Notes under the pieces: generated by a model | Database searches by the model: none | What the model saw: only the letters and a program-made list of their open reading frames with translations | What the model was told of the DNA's origin: nothing | IMG/VR virus record: IMGVR_UViG_3300027653_000023 | Span: 1 to 42,599 of that record | Length of the DNA: 42,599 nucleotides | DNA from: a virus | Taxonomy: Duplodnaviria > Caudoviricetes | Reading direction: 5' to 3' (one strand) | In this document: positions 1-9,795 of the stretch, piece after piece | Position numbering within the stretch: the first letter of the stretch is position 1 | Layout of the letters: each line of letters opens with the position of its first letter | Position numbers and translations under genes: made by a program

Positions 1-127
1 CCGCCCGGATCGGTCAGCGTGTTTTCGCGCGAGGATGCCGCGCTCTCATTGCCCGCCGTGTCGACCGCCGTCACCCAATAGCGATAGGTGCCGCCCTGTG
101 ATTCAAACAGCGCGAAGAAGGTGGTCG
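1..127. repeat. Terminal direct repeat, left copy (assembly circularisation overlap)
   Basis: Bases 1-127 are identical to 42473-42599. The repeat falls inside the tail tip gene, and 127 is a common assembler k-mer length. Confidence 0.95.
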
Positions 128-3100
128 AAACCGTGCCTCGCACGATGGCGCTTTCCGCGAACGGCCCGACCGAAATCCGGTAATGGTCGATCGGCAGGCT
201 GGCCCGTGCACCATCCCAATAGAGCAGGACGTTGTTGCCGATCACTCGGCTTGGGCGCTGCTCCACGCTTGGTGGCGTGATCTCGACCGTGATCGAGGCC
301 TCGGCGCTTTCATTGCCGGCCACGTCCACCGCGGCAATCGACCAGGTTTCCTGCCCGCCCCAATCCGCCTTGATGGTGAACAGGTTCGTCTTCGGCGCGT
401 CCACCGGCAGCCCGTCGCGGCGCACGATGTAATGGCTGATCGGAAACTGTGCCGCCGGCGTGTCCCATGTGAGGACAAAGTTCGGCCCGTCAAACCGGTG
501 CGCCACACTCGGCTGCTCCGGCACGCGGATCGTGACGCTGGTCTCCGTCCAGTTTTCCGAGACCAGCCCGCCGCTATCCACGGCCCGCACCCGGAACTCG
601 TAGACCTGGCTCTCCGTGCCTCCGGTCGGCAGAACGTCTGTTTTATAATTCGTCGCGTCGATAATATCGAGCCGCTGCCAGTCGCCCTCGATCAGCTGCT
701 CGACATGGTAAGCCTCGATATCGATCACATCGACATCATCCCAGCGCAGCCGCACGGCGAAGTTCTCGAGCGTCGCTTCCAGCCCCGTCACATCCGGCGG
801 CGGCGTCGTGTTGCCGATGACGGTCTCGGTTGCTGTCGCCCAATCCGATGCCACGCCCCAAGGCGAGATCGACCGCCAGCGAATATCGTAAGTTTCGCCC
901 GTGTCCACATCCGGGAAGGCCAGCCGCTCGCCCCGGTCGAAGATGTCGCCGGCCCAGGTCTCCGAGCCTTGCTTGCGCCACTGGCCCTCCACCCGCGCCA
1001 CGGGCACGCCACTGCCGGACGGGAAGCCCAGCACGGTCACGATCTGCGCAATCAGGCTGCCGTCATTGCCGCGCATCATGGCGCTCTCATCCGAGCGCAC
1101 ATACTCGATCACCGGCACCGGCGGCGGCAGTTTCTGCACGTCCACCGGGGCTGTGATCGTCGCGTCATAATCGGGCATCGGCTGATCGATCGCGTAAATC
1201 TCCGGCGCGTAGGGGATCAGCTCCAGCACCGCGTCCCGCTCTTCGCCGGGCTCGATGCTCTTGACGATCAGGTCTTGCGTGATGCGGTCCGCCTCGCCGA
1301 ACGCGATCAGGTCGCCGACCTCTATCTCGCTCGGCATCCCGTCTGCGAGCGTGACCGTGCTCCACTCGCCCGGCGTGGTGATGATCGGCACCGTGTGCAG
1401 GGTCGCGGTCTTGTCCCGCGCCATAAAGGCGTAAAGCTTTCCCGCCTCCATCGGGAAGGCCTCGTCGAAGGTGACCTCGCTGCCGTCGATGGCGGCAATC
1501 CGCGCCGACCCGAGGCCGACAAGAATGGCGTCATGCGCATGCTGGACGCGATCGCCGCGCTTGACCCGCATGTGCTCTATGTCGGTTGTCAGGCGGAATG
1601 TTTCCGGCCGCAGGATCGCTTCGCGGATGGTCTCATACCCGGCCCGGATCGCTTGCTCCAGGTTCGCGCAGCCATAGCTGATATCGAATATCTCGAACTC
1701 GGTGGCCATCTCATTGCCATTGGTGCCGAGATCGTTGAAGCCTTGCCGATAGACAACAACCTCGGACTGCTCCCAAGTCTGAGGATCGAGGTATTTCACC
1801 CGCAAAGCGTGCGGCACCTTGACGTATTCGCGCTCGCCCTGAAAGCCCCAAGAGTTGCGCGGCGTGAACATCTGGCGCGCCGATGGCTGTTCGCGCTCCC
1901 AGATGACGCCGAACTTGCCGTCACTCATATCCAGCGAGCCGCGCCCGAAGGACAGCACCTGCTGGATCACCGAAAACCGATCGCCGGGCTGCACGATGGC
2001 GTTGAACTCATAGCCCCGATCCGCGCAGAACTCGGCGAAGGCATCGAGATCGATGATCTTCGTCGGATCCAGTTTCGTCCGAGCGCCAAGCCCCGTCAGC
2101 GCATCGTGAAACTGCCATGCCGGAGAGGCGGTCTCGACCCAACCCTCACCCGGGATGTCGATCAAGCTCGACGCCACGCAGGACAGGTTGTCGATCATGC
2201 CGTTCAGCTGGTCGGTCGCCTTGATACGGAGCGCGATCATCGCCAGCGGCTTCGGATGATTGATCGGCGGCGTGCCCATGTCGATCGAGCGCATCACCGA
2301 CCAGACCGATTTCGTGAAAGCGCGCGAGGCGTCCGGCGCTATCGTGCGGCTGCCCTGCTTTGTCTCCAGCCGGGTGAGGCGCACATCGTATTGCCCATCC
2401 GCCGGGACCGCGAAGCGGACGCTGCCGCGAATGGTGTCCCGGGTCCTGGCGCGGAACGTGAATGAGTTTGAAATATAGCGCTTCTCGTTGACGGTGACGG
2501 TCTCGGTCCACGTCTCGTTGAAGCACTTCCCGTCGCGCCCCAGATTCGGATAGCAGCGCCGCCCGCTTTTCTTGACCGTGCGCTGGACCGGCACCAGCGT
2601 ATAAGCCTGCTCCTCGGACACGTTGCCGGCTGTGTCGAGGATCGTGGCATCGAACCAGTCTCCGCCGTCCTGATTGCGCAACTCGATCTTGTAGCCGACC
2701 TCGACCTGATCGATGCCGAAATCCTTTTCTCGCTGTCGCCCCAGCCCGCCCGAAAAGGTGATGTCGATCGAAGCCTCGGGAATGTCCCGGCCCAGCGTGC
2801 GGACTGCGCTGTCATTCGTCGCGTCCATCGCGATGCCGAGCGGCTCCTCGGCCACAATGCCGCGATAGAGCGTGATCGGCTCATCATCCCAATGGCCGGG
2901 CCGGACCTCGATCTCGTAATCATCGAAATGGGTGATCGGCGTTTCACCGATCCGGATATCGCTGATCTCCAGCGGCCCGTGCCCGACCACCAGCAGCATG
3001 CGGAGATACTGATCGTCGCCAGCGATCTCGGTATACGGCTTGGCGCCAAGCTTCGGCACCACGCGCACGCGGCCATAGATCTTGTCGATCGTGCCGAAGG

Positions 3101-3548
3101 GCGCGAGCTGGTTGCTCTGTCCCGAAATGCCCGGCAGGCGCTCGGCCTCTCTGGGCGCACCCGGCGGCTTTGGCGGCTTGATCAGCATGCGCTGCGCAAT
3201 CATGCCCACGACGCTGATCCCGATGCCGATCAGCGACCATGTGGCTGCGCTGAGGCCAAGGAACAGCCCTGTGCCTGCTGCAATCCCTGCAGCGCCCGCA
3301 AAGGCTGTCCCCAGCGCCGCAATGACCGCCACCACAGGCGCGGTCGGCACCGTGCGTATGATGACATCCTCGCCCGGCGATGGCTTATAGACGGCGTATT
3401 CCTCGGGCTGCAGGATGCGCCCGGCAGCCAGCACAACCGCATGCCGGTCGCCCAGCATGTCAGCGATCACGCAGCCGCAGCGAACCTCGAGATCATGCCG
3501 TTCATCCGAAAAGACGACCGGGTAAACGGTGGCGTTAAACGAGGTCAC
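1..3548 (-). CDS. Tail tip / host-specificity protein J, 5' part; continues across the contig junction to 41731 (about 1429 aa in total)
   Basis: Not in the ORF track because it runs off the edge. Hand translation from GTG at 3548 gives MTSFNATVYPVVFSDERHDLEV...NQLAPFGTIDKIYGRVRVVPKLGAKPYTEIAGDDQYLRMLLVVGHGPLEISDIRIGETPI, a typical TipJ N-terminus. It is in frame with the 41731..42546 ORF and follows the NlpC/P60 gene. Confidence 0.88.
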   Translation of the reverse strand, partial: MTSFNATVYPVVFSDERHDLEVRCGCVIADMLGDRHAVVLAAGRILQPEEYAVYKPSPGEDVIIRTVPTAPVVAVIAALGTAFAGAAGIAAGTGLFLGLSAATWSLIGIGISVVGMIAQRMLIKPPKPPGAPREAERLPGISGQSNQLAPFGTIDKIYGRVRVVPKLGAKPYTEIAGDDQYLRMLLVVGHGPLEISDIRIGETPITHFDDYEIEVRPGHWDDEPITLYRGIVAEEPLGIAMDATNDSAVRTLGRDIPEASIDITFSGGLGRQREKDFGIDQVEVGYKIELRNQDGGDWFDATILDTAGNVSEEQAYTLVPVQRTVKKSGRRCYPNLGRDGKCFNETWTETVTVNEKRYISNSFTFRARTRDTIRGSVRFAVPADGQYDVRLTRLETKQGSRTIAPDASRAFTKSVWSVMRSIDMGTPPINHPKPLAMIALRIKATDQLNGMIDNLSCVASSLIDIPGEGWVETASPAWQFHDALTGLGARTKLDPTKIIDLDAFAEFCADRGYEFNAIVQPGDRFSVIQQVLSFGRGSLDMSDGKFGVIWEREQPSARQMFTPRNSWGFQGEREYVKVPHALRVKYLDPQTWEQSEVVVYRQGFNDLGTNGNEMATEFEIFDISYGCANLEQAIRAGYETIREAILRPETFRLTTDIEHMRVKRGDRVQHAHDAILVGLGSARIAAIDGSEVTFDEAFPMEAGKLYAFMARDKTATLHTVPIITTPGEWSTVTLADGMPSEIEVGDLIAFGEADRITQDLIVKSIEPGEERDAVLELIPYAPEIYAIDQPMPDYDATITAPVDVQKLPPPVPVIEYVRSDESAMMRGNDGSLIAQIVTVLGFPSGSGVPVARVEGQWRKQGSETWAGDIFDRGERLAFPDVDTGETYDIRWRSISPWGVASDWATATETVIGNTTPPPDVTGLEATLENFAVRLRWDDVDVIDIEAYHVEQLIEGDWQRLDIIDATNYKTDVLPTGGTESQVYEFRVRAVDSGGLVSENWTETSVTIRVPEQPSVAHRFDGPNFVLTWDTPAAQFPISHYIVRRDGLPVDAPKTNLFTIKADWGGQETWSIAAVDVAGNESAEASITVEITPPSVEQRPSRVIGNNVLLYWDGARASLPIDHYRISVGPFAESAIVRGTVSTTFFALFESQGGTYRYWVTAVDTAGNESAASSRENTLTDPG

Positions 3549-3936
3549 GGTGGCGATAGATGCCCCAGAGACGGTTCCGCCAGCGCTGACAGTCGAGACG
3601 CTCGATGACGGCATTGCATCCCCTCTGGAGGTGAATCATGTCGACGCTGTCGAGCGCGACCCCAACATGCGCCGGCACCCCGGCAACAATCAGTGCGATC
3701 AGGTCAAATGGCCGCGGGCTATCCACGCGAACAAACTGGCGTGCCTCGGCCTCGATATGCGGGCGAAAATCGGTGATCTCGCCCGCGCCATCCGGGTTGG
3801 CGTCGGAGCATGGGAGGTCGATCATCAATTCCTGCCTGTATATCAGACAGGCCAATCCCCAGCAATCATAGCGCGGCCCGCGCCCGCCGAACTCATAGGG
3901 CAGGCCGATATACGGCCCAGCATCCAGATGGCGCAC
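3535..3936 (-). CDS. NlpC/P60 family tail tip assembly protein (lambda K-like)
   Basis: YIGLPYEFGGRGPRYDCWGL and HVGV...MIH motifs; lies directly before J. Confidence 0.9.
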   Translation of the reverse strand: MRHLDAGPYIGLPYEFGGRGPRYDCWGLACLIYRQELMIDLPCSDANPDGAGEITDFRPHIEAEARQFVRVDSPRPFDLIALIVAGVPAHVGVALDSVDMIHLQRGCNAVIERLDCQRWRNRLWGIYRHRDLV

Positions 3937-4401
3937 CTAGAAAAACACGCCCGGAAAAGTGGAGGGCAAATATTGGCCATCCGGAAAAGCCTCATCGAAG
4001 ATGTTCGGCGCGCCAATCTCTGCGGTAATGCTATGCAGGTCATAGGTGACGCGCTTGACTTCCAACTCGCCGCTCGTTTCCTCGACATGGTCCGGGCGCG
4101 ATGCGGCGATCAGCTCCACCTCGACCGTCGGGCGCTCGAAGCCCTGCCGAATGACGGCGATCAGATCGCGCGAGACATTGGAGAACGTCAGCGTGGCGTT
4201 GCTCAGCTCATCACCGCTCTTGCGCATCGGGCGATAGGTCATATCCGCCGCGTGATAGGTGCGGCCCCGGCTCACCACATCCTCAGTATTCAGCGCCAGA
4301 TAGCCGGTATCCTCGCCCTCGGCCCGGAACGTCACCAGGTCGATATACGCCTCGCCGCTGTTCTCGCCCATCAGGTCGGCGACCATCTCGGCGCTCACCA
4401 T
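3937..4401 (-). CDS. Minor tail protein (DUF1833 / lambda L-like)
   Basis: LALNTEDVVSRGRTY...ATLTFSNVSRDL...YLPSTFPGVF; lies between the distal tail gene and NlpC/P60. Confidence 0.75.
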   Translation of the reverse strand: MVSAEMVADLMGENSGEAYIDLVTFRAEGEDTGYLALNTEDVVSRGRTYHAADMTYRPMRKSGDELSNATLTFSNVSRDLIAVIRQGFERPTVEVELIAASRPDHVEETSGELEVKRVTYDLHSITAEIGAPNIFDEAFPDGQYLPSTFPGVFF

Positions 4402-4751
4402 GCCTGCAGCACCATGTCGATCTGCCAGCCCACACCAAGCGGCGAATGCGCCGGCGGCTCCATGAACTGATATTCATGCGGTGCGCCATCGACTGCCGCA
4501 TCAAGCCCGGGCCATGTGAACCGTATGGCGCCATCCAGAAGCGCCCCACGGAAGAAGGCTGTGAACGCCGCACGCTGCGCATCATCCACATAGATCGAGC
4601 AGGCGACGTTGATCGGAGCGCGTGTTGCCCGGCGGCGCGTCTTGCCCGGCCCTGTGCCCGTCTGCGAGCGCACAAGGTTGTCCTGCGCTGCAATGCGCAA
4701 CCCGCTCCGCAGGGGCGCCTCCGGGAGCGCGCCCGGCCATACAACAGCCAT
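4395..4751 (-). CDS. Distal/minor tail protein (lambda M-like)
   Basis: WPGALP...LVRSQTGTGPGKTRRR...FF...LLDGAIRFTW; directly after the tape measure gene. Confidence 0.75.
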   Translation of the reverse strand: MAVVWPGALPEAPLRSGLRIAAQDNLVRSQTGTGPGKTRRRATRAPINVACSIYVDDAQRAAFTAFFRGALLDGAIRFTWPGLDAAVDGAPHEYQFMEPPAHSPLGVGWQIDMVLQAW

Positions 4752-7468
4752 CAGGAAACCCCTCCGCGCTTCAGGCCGAAAGCGCCAGCCATGTTCCGGC
4801 TGATCGGACCGCGGTTGGAGATGTCCTCGTTGACCGTGCCGATGATGATTTCCCGGATGATGCGTCCGTCGCCCACATCGCGCGTGTTCGTCTGCACCTC
4901 TTGCCCGCCGTAGTTGTGGATATGCTCCTCGACATGGACGCCACCGCTGCCGCCCAGCATCTTCTTCGTTTCAGCGTTGTTGTAGACCCGTGATGGCTGC
5001 CCCAGGTGGACGATCTCTGCCCCACGCTCCCCAACCATCGCCCAGCCGCGCCCAACGCCTCCATTCGCGAATTTCGGCACGAAGCTCGGTGTCGAGAATG
5101 CTGGCCCTCCGGCCGGAACCGGGCCGCCGATCTTCAAGCCGCCACCAAATGCTCCAAGGATCGAGCCAAGGATGCCACCGCCAGAACCGCTGAGCATCTG
5201 CTCCAACGCTTTGGTGATCTGGTCAAAGACCTGGTCGATCAGGCGGTCGCGGAGCCGCGTCATGACGGACATCATCATGTCCGAAAAGGACATCGCGCCG
5301 TCGATCCCACTCTTGAATGCATCTTTCAGGGTATCGCTGATCTCTCCGCCAAGCGTGTTGAACTCGGTGGTGACAGGAACCGTGAAGCTCGTGGAAACCC
5401 TCTCTGCGGCCTCCGCTGCAGCCTGCGCCGCCTGCTCGGCGCCATCCTGGATGCCGATGGCGAGGCCATCCATCAGGTCGTGGCCAAGCTCCATCCATAC
5501 CAAAGATGGCGAGCGGGTTTTTGTTTTCTCACGGGCGTCATCTTCGAGGTCCTGCATCATGTCGGTAATGTGGCCACTCACGGCGGGACGGGAGAGCACC
5601 ACACCCTCACCGACGCCGGCCATCCAGTCTCTCCCAAGCGCAACGCCAGCCGCGCGGGCGTCGCCGTCTGCCCCGGCCTGCCCGAAGATGCTTGCCACGG
5701 ACGCTTTAAGAGAATTCCAGGTCTCAATTATACCGTCGACGAAGCCTTGGACCATCTCGACGCCCCATTGCTTCAGCTTGGCTGGCAGCTCCTTGACTGT
5801 GTCGATGATATCGGTTGCGGCCTGCTTGAACCCGGGGACGATGGCCTCGATGATGTTGAGGATCGCGTTGATGTTCGCCCTCGCGACCTCCTTCATACCC
5901 TCCCAGACTTGCTTCATCCCCTCGACGGCAAGCGTCAGGTCGCCGGTCAGCAGTCCAGAAATCGTGTCAATCACGCCACCAATGATGATAGCGTTGGCTT
6001 CCATTACGTCCTTGATCCCGTCCCAGACGGCGGAAAACACTGCCTTCAGCTTGTTCAGCCCTGTCTCGAGGATCGGAAACCGCTCTTTCAGCTCATCCCA
6101 ATTGGCTGCAACGTAAGCAGCGGCACCCGCAGCCGCCCCCAGCGCCAGGACAACCAATCCGAACGGGCTGGCCAGCGCTGCTGCCACGACCGCCATAGAG
6201 CCGAGCGCAATAAGCAGCGGCCCGATCGCAGCAGCAAGTCCGGCAATGATCGTCCCCCATTTCAGCAGCTGCGGGCTGCTTTTGGAAACCTCCTGCACCC
6301 ACCTGGACACGGCTTTGACCAGATCCGTCATGAATTTCAGCAAGCCAGAGTCGGCAATGGCGATCATCAAGCCCTCGAAGGCAGACTTCAGCTCGCGCAT
6401 GGCGCCGTTGAGGCCTTCCATCTGGACCGCAGAAATACGTTCGGCAGTGCCGCCGCTTTCCTCCAGATCCTTGGTCAGATCGCGAAGCGCGTCCGAGCCT
6501 TGCGACACCAATGCCGCCATCGCCGGGCCGGCACGATCGCCAAAGATCTCCATGAACAGCCCAGCATCCTCCGCATGTGGCCCAAGCTGCTCGATAATAT
6601 CCGATAGGGGCAAAAGCCGCCCCTCAGTGTCCGTAAAATTCATCCCGGCAGAGCGCAGAACGCCATCAAGGTCATCTGTTGCGCCTTCCATGAAGGCCAG
6701 CATTTCGGCGGCCTCTTCCGCCTCGAGATTCAGGCTCTCGATAGTCTTAGTGACGCTCTTTGAGGGGTTCAGCAGCCGCGACATGGCACCCCGCAGGGAC
6801 GTGCCTGCCATGGATCCTTGGATGCCTGCATTCCCCATCAGCCCGATTGCGGCAGCCGCTTCCTCAAACTGCACGCCGGCAGCGCTGGCCACCGGGCCGG
6901 CGTATTTCATGGCTTCGGCCAGACCACGCAGATCAGTGTTCGCGCTGGTAAAAGCCTTGACCAGAACGTCGGTCGCATGGCCGAGCTCGGATACATCCTT
7001 GCCATATCCGGCTAGAATGTTGGTGACGATGTCGGCGGCTGAACCCATGTCCAGCTGCGCTGCAGAGGCAAGCTGCAACGTGTCTGGCATGGCCGCGAGG
7101 ATATCGTTTGCGTCCATGCCGGCCATTGCCAGGAAGTTCATGGCTTCCGCCGCTTCCGACGCGGAGAATTGCGTCGTCGCGCCAAGCTCTTTCGCCTGCT
7201 CGCGGAGCGCCTCGAACTCCTCGCCGGTTGCGCTAGAGACGGCCTTGACTTGTCTCATGGCCTGCTCGAAATCGCCGGCCGCCTTCAGCGTCAGCGCGCC
7301 AAATCCGGCAATCGGCGCGGTGACATAGGCCGACATATTGCGGCCGACGCGCTGCATCGACTTACCGACATTCTTCAGCTGCCCGCGCGCGTTCTTCAGG
7401 CCGTCCGAGAACTGCGCAGAATCCAGGCCAAGAAAGACCCTTAGCGCGCCAATGGTCGCTTGTGCCAT
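4751..7468 (-). CDS. Tail tape measure protein (TP901 family)
   Basis: 905 aa, Ala-rich. Contains LREQAKELGATTQFSASEAAEAM, GIQGSMAGTSLR, central hydrophobic segments and a C-terminal FANGG...MVGERGAE motif. Confidence 0.95.
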   Translation of the reverse strand: MAQATIGALRVFLGLDSAQFSDGLKNARGQLKNVGKSMQRVGRNMSAYVTAPIAGFGALTLKAAGDFEQAMRQVKAVSSATGEEFEALREQAKELGATTQFSASEAAEAMNFLAMAGMDANDILAAMPDTLQLASAAQLDMGSAADIVTNILAGYGKDVSELGHATDVLVKAFTSANTDLRGLAEAMKYAGPVASAAGVQFEEAAAAIGLMGNAGIQGSMAGTSLRGAMSRLLNPSKSVTKTIESLNLEAEEAAEMLAFMEGATDDLDGVLRSAGMNFTDTEGRLLPLSDIIEQLGPHAEDAGLFMEIFGDRAGPAMAALVSQGSDALRDLTKDLEESGGTAERISAVQMEGLNGAMRELKSAFEGLMIAIADSGLLKFMTDLVKAVSRWVQEVSKSSPQLLKWGTIIAGLAAAIGPLLIALGSMAVVAAALASPFGLVVLALGAAAGAAAYVAANWDELKERFPILETGLNKLKAVFSAVWDGIKDVMEANAIIIGGVIDTISGLLTGDLTLAVEGMKQVWEGMKEVARANINAILNIIEAIVPGFKQAATDIIDTVKELPAKLKQWGVEMVQGFVDGIIETWNSLKASVASIFGQAGADGDARAAGVALGRDWMAGVGEGVVLSRPAVSGHITDMMQDLEDDAREKTKTRSPSLVWMELGHDLMDGLAIGIQDGAEQAAQAAAEAAERVSTSFTVPVTTEFNTLGGEISDTLKDAFKSGIDGAMSFSDMMMSVMTRLRDRLIDQVFDQITKALEQMLSGSGGGILGSILGAFGGGLKIGGPVPAGGPAFSTPSFVPKFANGGVGRGWAMVGERGAEIVHLGQPSRVYNNAETKKMLGGSGGVHVEEHIHNYGGQEVQTNTRDVGDGRIIREIIIGTVNEDISNRGPISRNMAGAFGLKRGGVS

Positions 7469-7514
7469 TACATGCTACCTTTCAGGCCGCCATCATTTCA
7501 GGGATAGATTCAAT

Positions 7515-7865
7515 ATGCGCATAGCTATTGCTCTTGCTGCCATGCTCGCCGGCGCAACCGCATCCTTTGCAGATGACGATATCGCCGCTGGGTCCAGGGC
7601 CATTTGCTATGCGTCGGGCGTCAGGATCGGCGAAGCCACGATGAGCGCGATCAACACTGACCGTGAAATCCAAGAATGGATGTCCCAGCGCGACGATGAC
7701 GAAGCCATGGACGTGATACTCAGTCACGTGGCAAAGGTCACCCGCACTTTTCCCCAGACATATGCATTCTGCTTGCAGACACTGGGCCTGCCGGACAGCG
7801 GCGTCGAGGCGCTTGGAAAGGGTGTCCTGAAGTTCGCCCGCGAGGGTATTTTGGCTGACGACTAG
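7515..7865 (+). CDS. Moron-like exported protein, 116 aa, opposite strand within the tail operon
   Basis: ATG 7515 gives MRIAIALAAMLAGATASFA-DDD, a Sec-type signal peptide ending S-F-A. It fills the gap between the tail chaperone and the tape measure gene. Confidence 0.7.
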   Translation: MRIAIALAAMLAGATASFADDDIAAGSRAICYASGVRIGEATMSAINTDREIQEWMSQRDDDEAMDVILSHVAKVTRTFPQTYAFCLQTLGLPDSGVEALGKGVLKFAREGILADD

Positions 7866-8179
7866 CCCGCCGCCAGCCACGTCCGCAGCACCGCCTTCAT
7901 TTCCTCTGGCGTCTGCCTGCGGCGCCGGCGGTCGGCCACCATCATCTTGTCCAGCTTCGGCATGCGCTTGCTCCGATGCAGGGCCTCGATATGCCATGCA
8001 AGCCACGCCAGGCCGTTCTGCTCACGCCGTATCCTGTCACCGGCGCCTGTCATGATCGTCTCGATCTCGCGCGGGGTCAGCCGCCAGAACTGGCTCGGGT
8101 CCAGATCGGCGGATACCCAGGACCGCAGCAGCGCTTGCGGGTCTAGGCCGCCCCCTTCCGAGGGCGCGCCTTCTTTCCC
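7862..8179 (-). CDS. Tail assembly chaperone GT, -1 frameshift extension
   Basis: The -1 frame from GGGAAAG is open to the stop at 7862 and reads ...LDPQALLRSWVSADLDPSQFWRLTPREIETIM...AWLAWHI, containing the typical FWxLTPRE motif. Confidence 0.85.
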   Translation of the reverse strand, partial: GKEGAPSEGGGLDPQALLRSWVSADLDPSQFWRLTPREIETIMTGAGDRIRREQNGLAWLAWHIEALHRSKRMPKLDKMMVADRRRRRQTPEEMKAVLRTWLAAG

Positions 8180-8478
8180 TCTGCCTCCGCTTGCGGGAAT
8201 GCCGCTGCGAACGCCGCGCTGACGGCCTCACCAGCCGCAGGCACGCCGACCTCGCTGATGATGTCGCCAGCCTGCTTTTCGCTGGTGCCGGGATGCCGCT
8301 CTTGCAGCCCGGCCCAGATGACGGCCCGCAGCGTGCGCATGCTCAGGCCAGTCTCCATCTCGGTGCCGATTTCCGTGATGCTGCGGCCAAGGGCATCTTC
8401 CAGATCGCAGATGGCGTTAATCGAGAAGACCAGCGTATGGTCGCCCAAAGCGACTTCGCCACGATGCGGGTTCGCCAT
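8143..8478 (-). CDS. Tail assembly chaperone G
   Basis: MANPHRGEV...LVFSINAICDLEDALG; follows the major tail gene and carries the slippery site near its 3' end. Confidence 0.85.
   Translation of the reverse strand: MANPHRGEVALGDHTLVFSINAICDLEDALGRSITEIGTEMETGLSMRTLRAVIWAGLQERHPGTSEKQAGDIISEVGVPAAGEAVSAAFAAAFPQAEAEGKKARPRKGAA
8173..8179 (-). other. Programmed -1 ribosomal frameshift slippery site G GGA AAG
   Basis: Minus strand reads GAG GGA AAG, the same heptamer as lambda G/GT and in the correct phase; the -1 frame is open for about 105 codons. Confidence 0.88.
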
Positions 8479-8909
8479 CAGCCTCCACTCCCGCCATCCG
8501 CCCAGGTCTCGGCGCCAGACTTCTTGACAGTGAAGCTCAGGCTCATCTTGTCATCGACCGGGGCATTCCACGAAACGCTGGTAACGATGGCCTCGACCGT
8601 CAGCGTCACGCCGTCTGGAAATGTGACCTTGTGCTCAGAAGGCGTCCCGGCAGTCTGCTCCGCAACCAAAAGCTGATGCGTGCTGTCATTTGGTGCAAAG
8701 TTCAGCTCGACGGTGATTTCACCGCCTTCGATCAGGCCACCGATGAACTCCCGACGCCGGTTCGGGCTTTGCATATGGGTCACATCAATCAGGTCGGTGT
8801 CGTCGCTCCCGCCCTCGATGTTCACGACCTCTCCAAGGTCCGTGAATGTGCTTCCATTGTCCTTGATCGAGTATTTCGAGCCGTAACCGATGCTCGCATT
8901 CGTCGCCAT
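8478..8909 (-). CDS. Major tail tube protein
   Basis: IDVTHMQSPNRRREFIGGLIEGGEITVELNF motif; follows the tail terminator gene. Confidence 0.9.
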   Translation of the reverse strand: MATNASIGYGSKYSIKDNGSTFTDLGEVVNIEGGSDDTDLIDVTHMQSPNRRREFIGGLIEGGEITVELNFAPNDSTHQLLVAEQTAGTPSEHKVTFPDGVTLTVEAIVTSVSWNAPVDDKMSLSFTVKKSGAETWADGGSGG

Positions 8910-8921
8910 TTGTCGCGCTCC

Positions 8922-9323
8922 TTATTCGATGTAATGGACCATCAGATCCATACGGTGGCGATGCAGATAGTTGACCACATCGGCGCCGGACCCGGCATCG
9001 CTCTCCTGCCCGGTGCTTTCATTGTCGATGAAAATGCCCTCGATCCGAACGCCACGAACGGCACCACGAAACCCGGACAGAGCCTGACGGGCCGCATCTG
9101 CAACCGACCGAACGGCACTGAATGTCAGGCCGAATGCGTCCAGCTGCAGCCGCCTCCGCGTGTGTCTTGTCGGTCCGGACATGGTGTAATCACGCGGGCC
9201 GCTGATCCATGACAGGCGCACATACGGGCCAGCTGTCGGCGACACGCTTTCGGCCCAACCCCAATGAACACGGCCGCCAGCAACGCCAGCAAGCCGCGCA
9301 ATCAGCGCCTCCTCGATCGCCAT
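8922..9323 (-). CDS. Tail terminator / completion protein (DUF3168-like)
   Basis: Start revised to MAIEEALIARL. Contains PYVRLSWISGPRDYTMSG...RLQLDAFG...RQALSGFRG. Confidence 0.8.
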   Translation of the reverse strand: MAIEEALIARLAGVAGGRVHWGWAESVSPTAGPYVRLSWISGPRDYTMSGPTRHTRRRLQLDAFGLTFSAVRSVADAARQALSGFRGAVRGVRIEGIFIDNESTGQESDAGSGADVVNYLHRHRMDLMVHYIE

Positions 9324-9324
9324 A

Positions 9325-9795
9325 TCAACCAGCCTTCGCTGCTGCTGCAGCTTGACGGGCTCGCTTGCGAGCGAGGCGATCCGCTGACTTCTTGATCTCG
9401 ATCCATAGATCCTTGCGGATGCCCGTAAGCACATCTTGCTTGTGACTGTCCCAAGCAGGCCGCATGAAGGGCTGCGGTGGCTGATTCACGGTGCCGAACT
9501 CCTGCAAATGCGCCTGCGGGACACTGCCCGCGCCCGCGAATAGCTCGACTGTCAGCTTGCCGGTTGCTTTTCGATGCAGCCTACGCTGCCTCCTGGAGAG
9601 CTTGGACGACACGCCCATGCTCTCGACTAGAGTCATGGTGTCGATCGGGGCGCGCGATGCCGCATTGAGCAGGAACGGCTCCAGGTTCTTTCGCCCGACG
9701 CGCCGCAGCACGTTCTTGCCGGTCGCCTTCGGGAGCTCGCCAAGCGCTTTGTCCAACTCCCGCAGTCCCTTGATCCTGACTGTCTGATTGGCCAT
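9325..9795 (-). CDS. HK97 gp10-like neck protein
   Basis: IKGLRELDKALGEL...APIDT...AHLQEFGTVNQPPQPFMRPAWD. Confidence 0.9.
   Translation of the reverse strand: MANQTVRIKGLRELDKALGELPKATGKNVLRRVGRKNLEPFLLNAASRAPIDTMTLVESMGVSSKLSRRQRRLHRKATGKLTVELFAGAGSVPQAHLQEFGTVNQPPQPFMRPAWDSHKQDVLTGIRKDLWIEIKKSADRLARKRARQAAAAAKAG

Noticed and set aside
1-127. 127-bp terminal repeat as a biological direct terminal repeat
   Set aside because: It lies inside the J gene and matches an assembler k-mer length. The HNH/terS layout indicates cos ends near 18530-18612.
183-2465. 760-aa plus-strand ORF, and similar long antisense ORFs at 5006-6607, 14150-15697 and 33614-34594
   Set aside because: These are antisense shadows of real minus-strand genes in high-GC DNA, with Arg/His-rich composition and no motifs.
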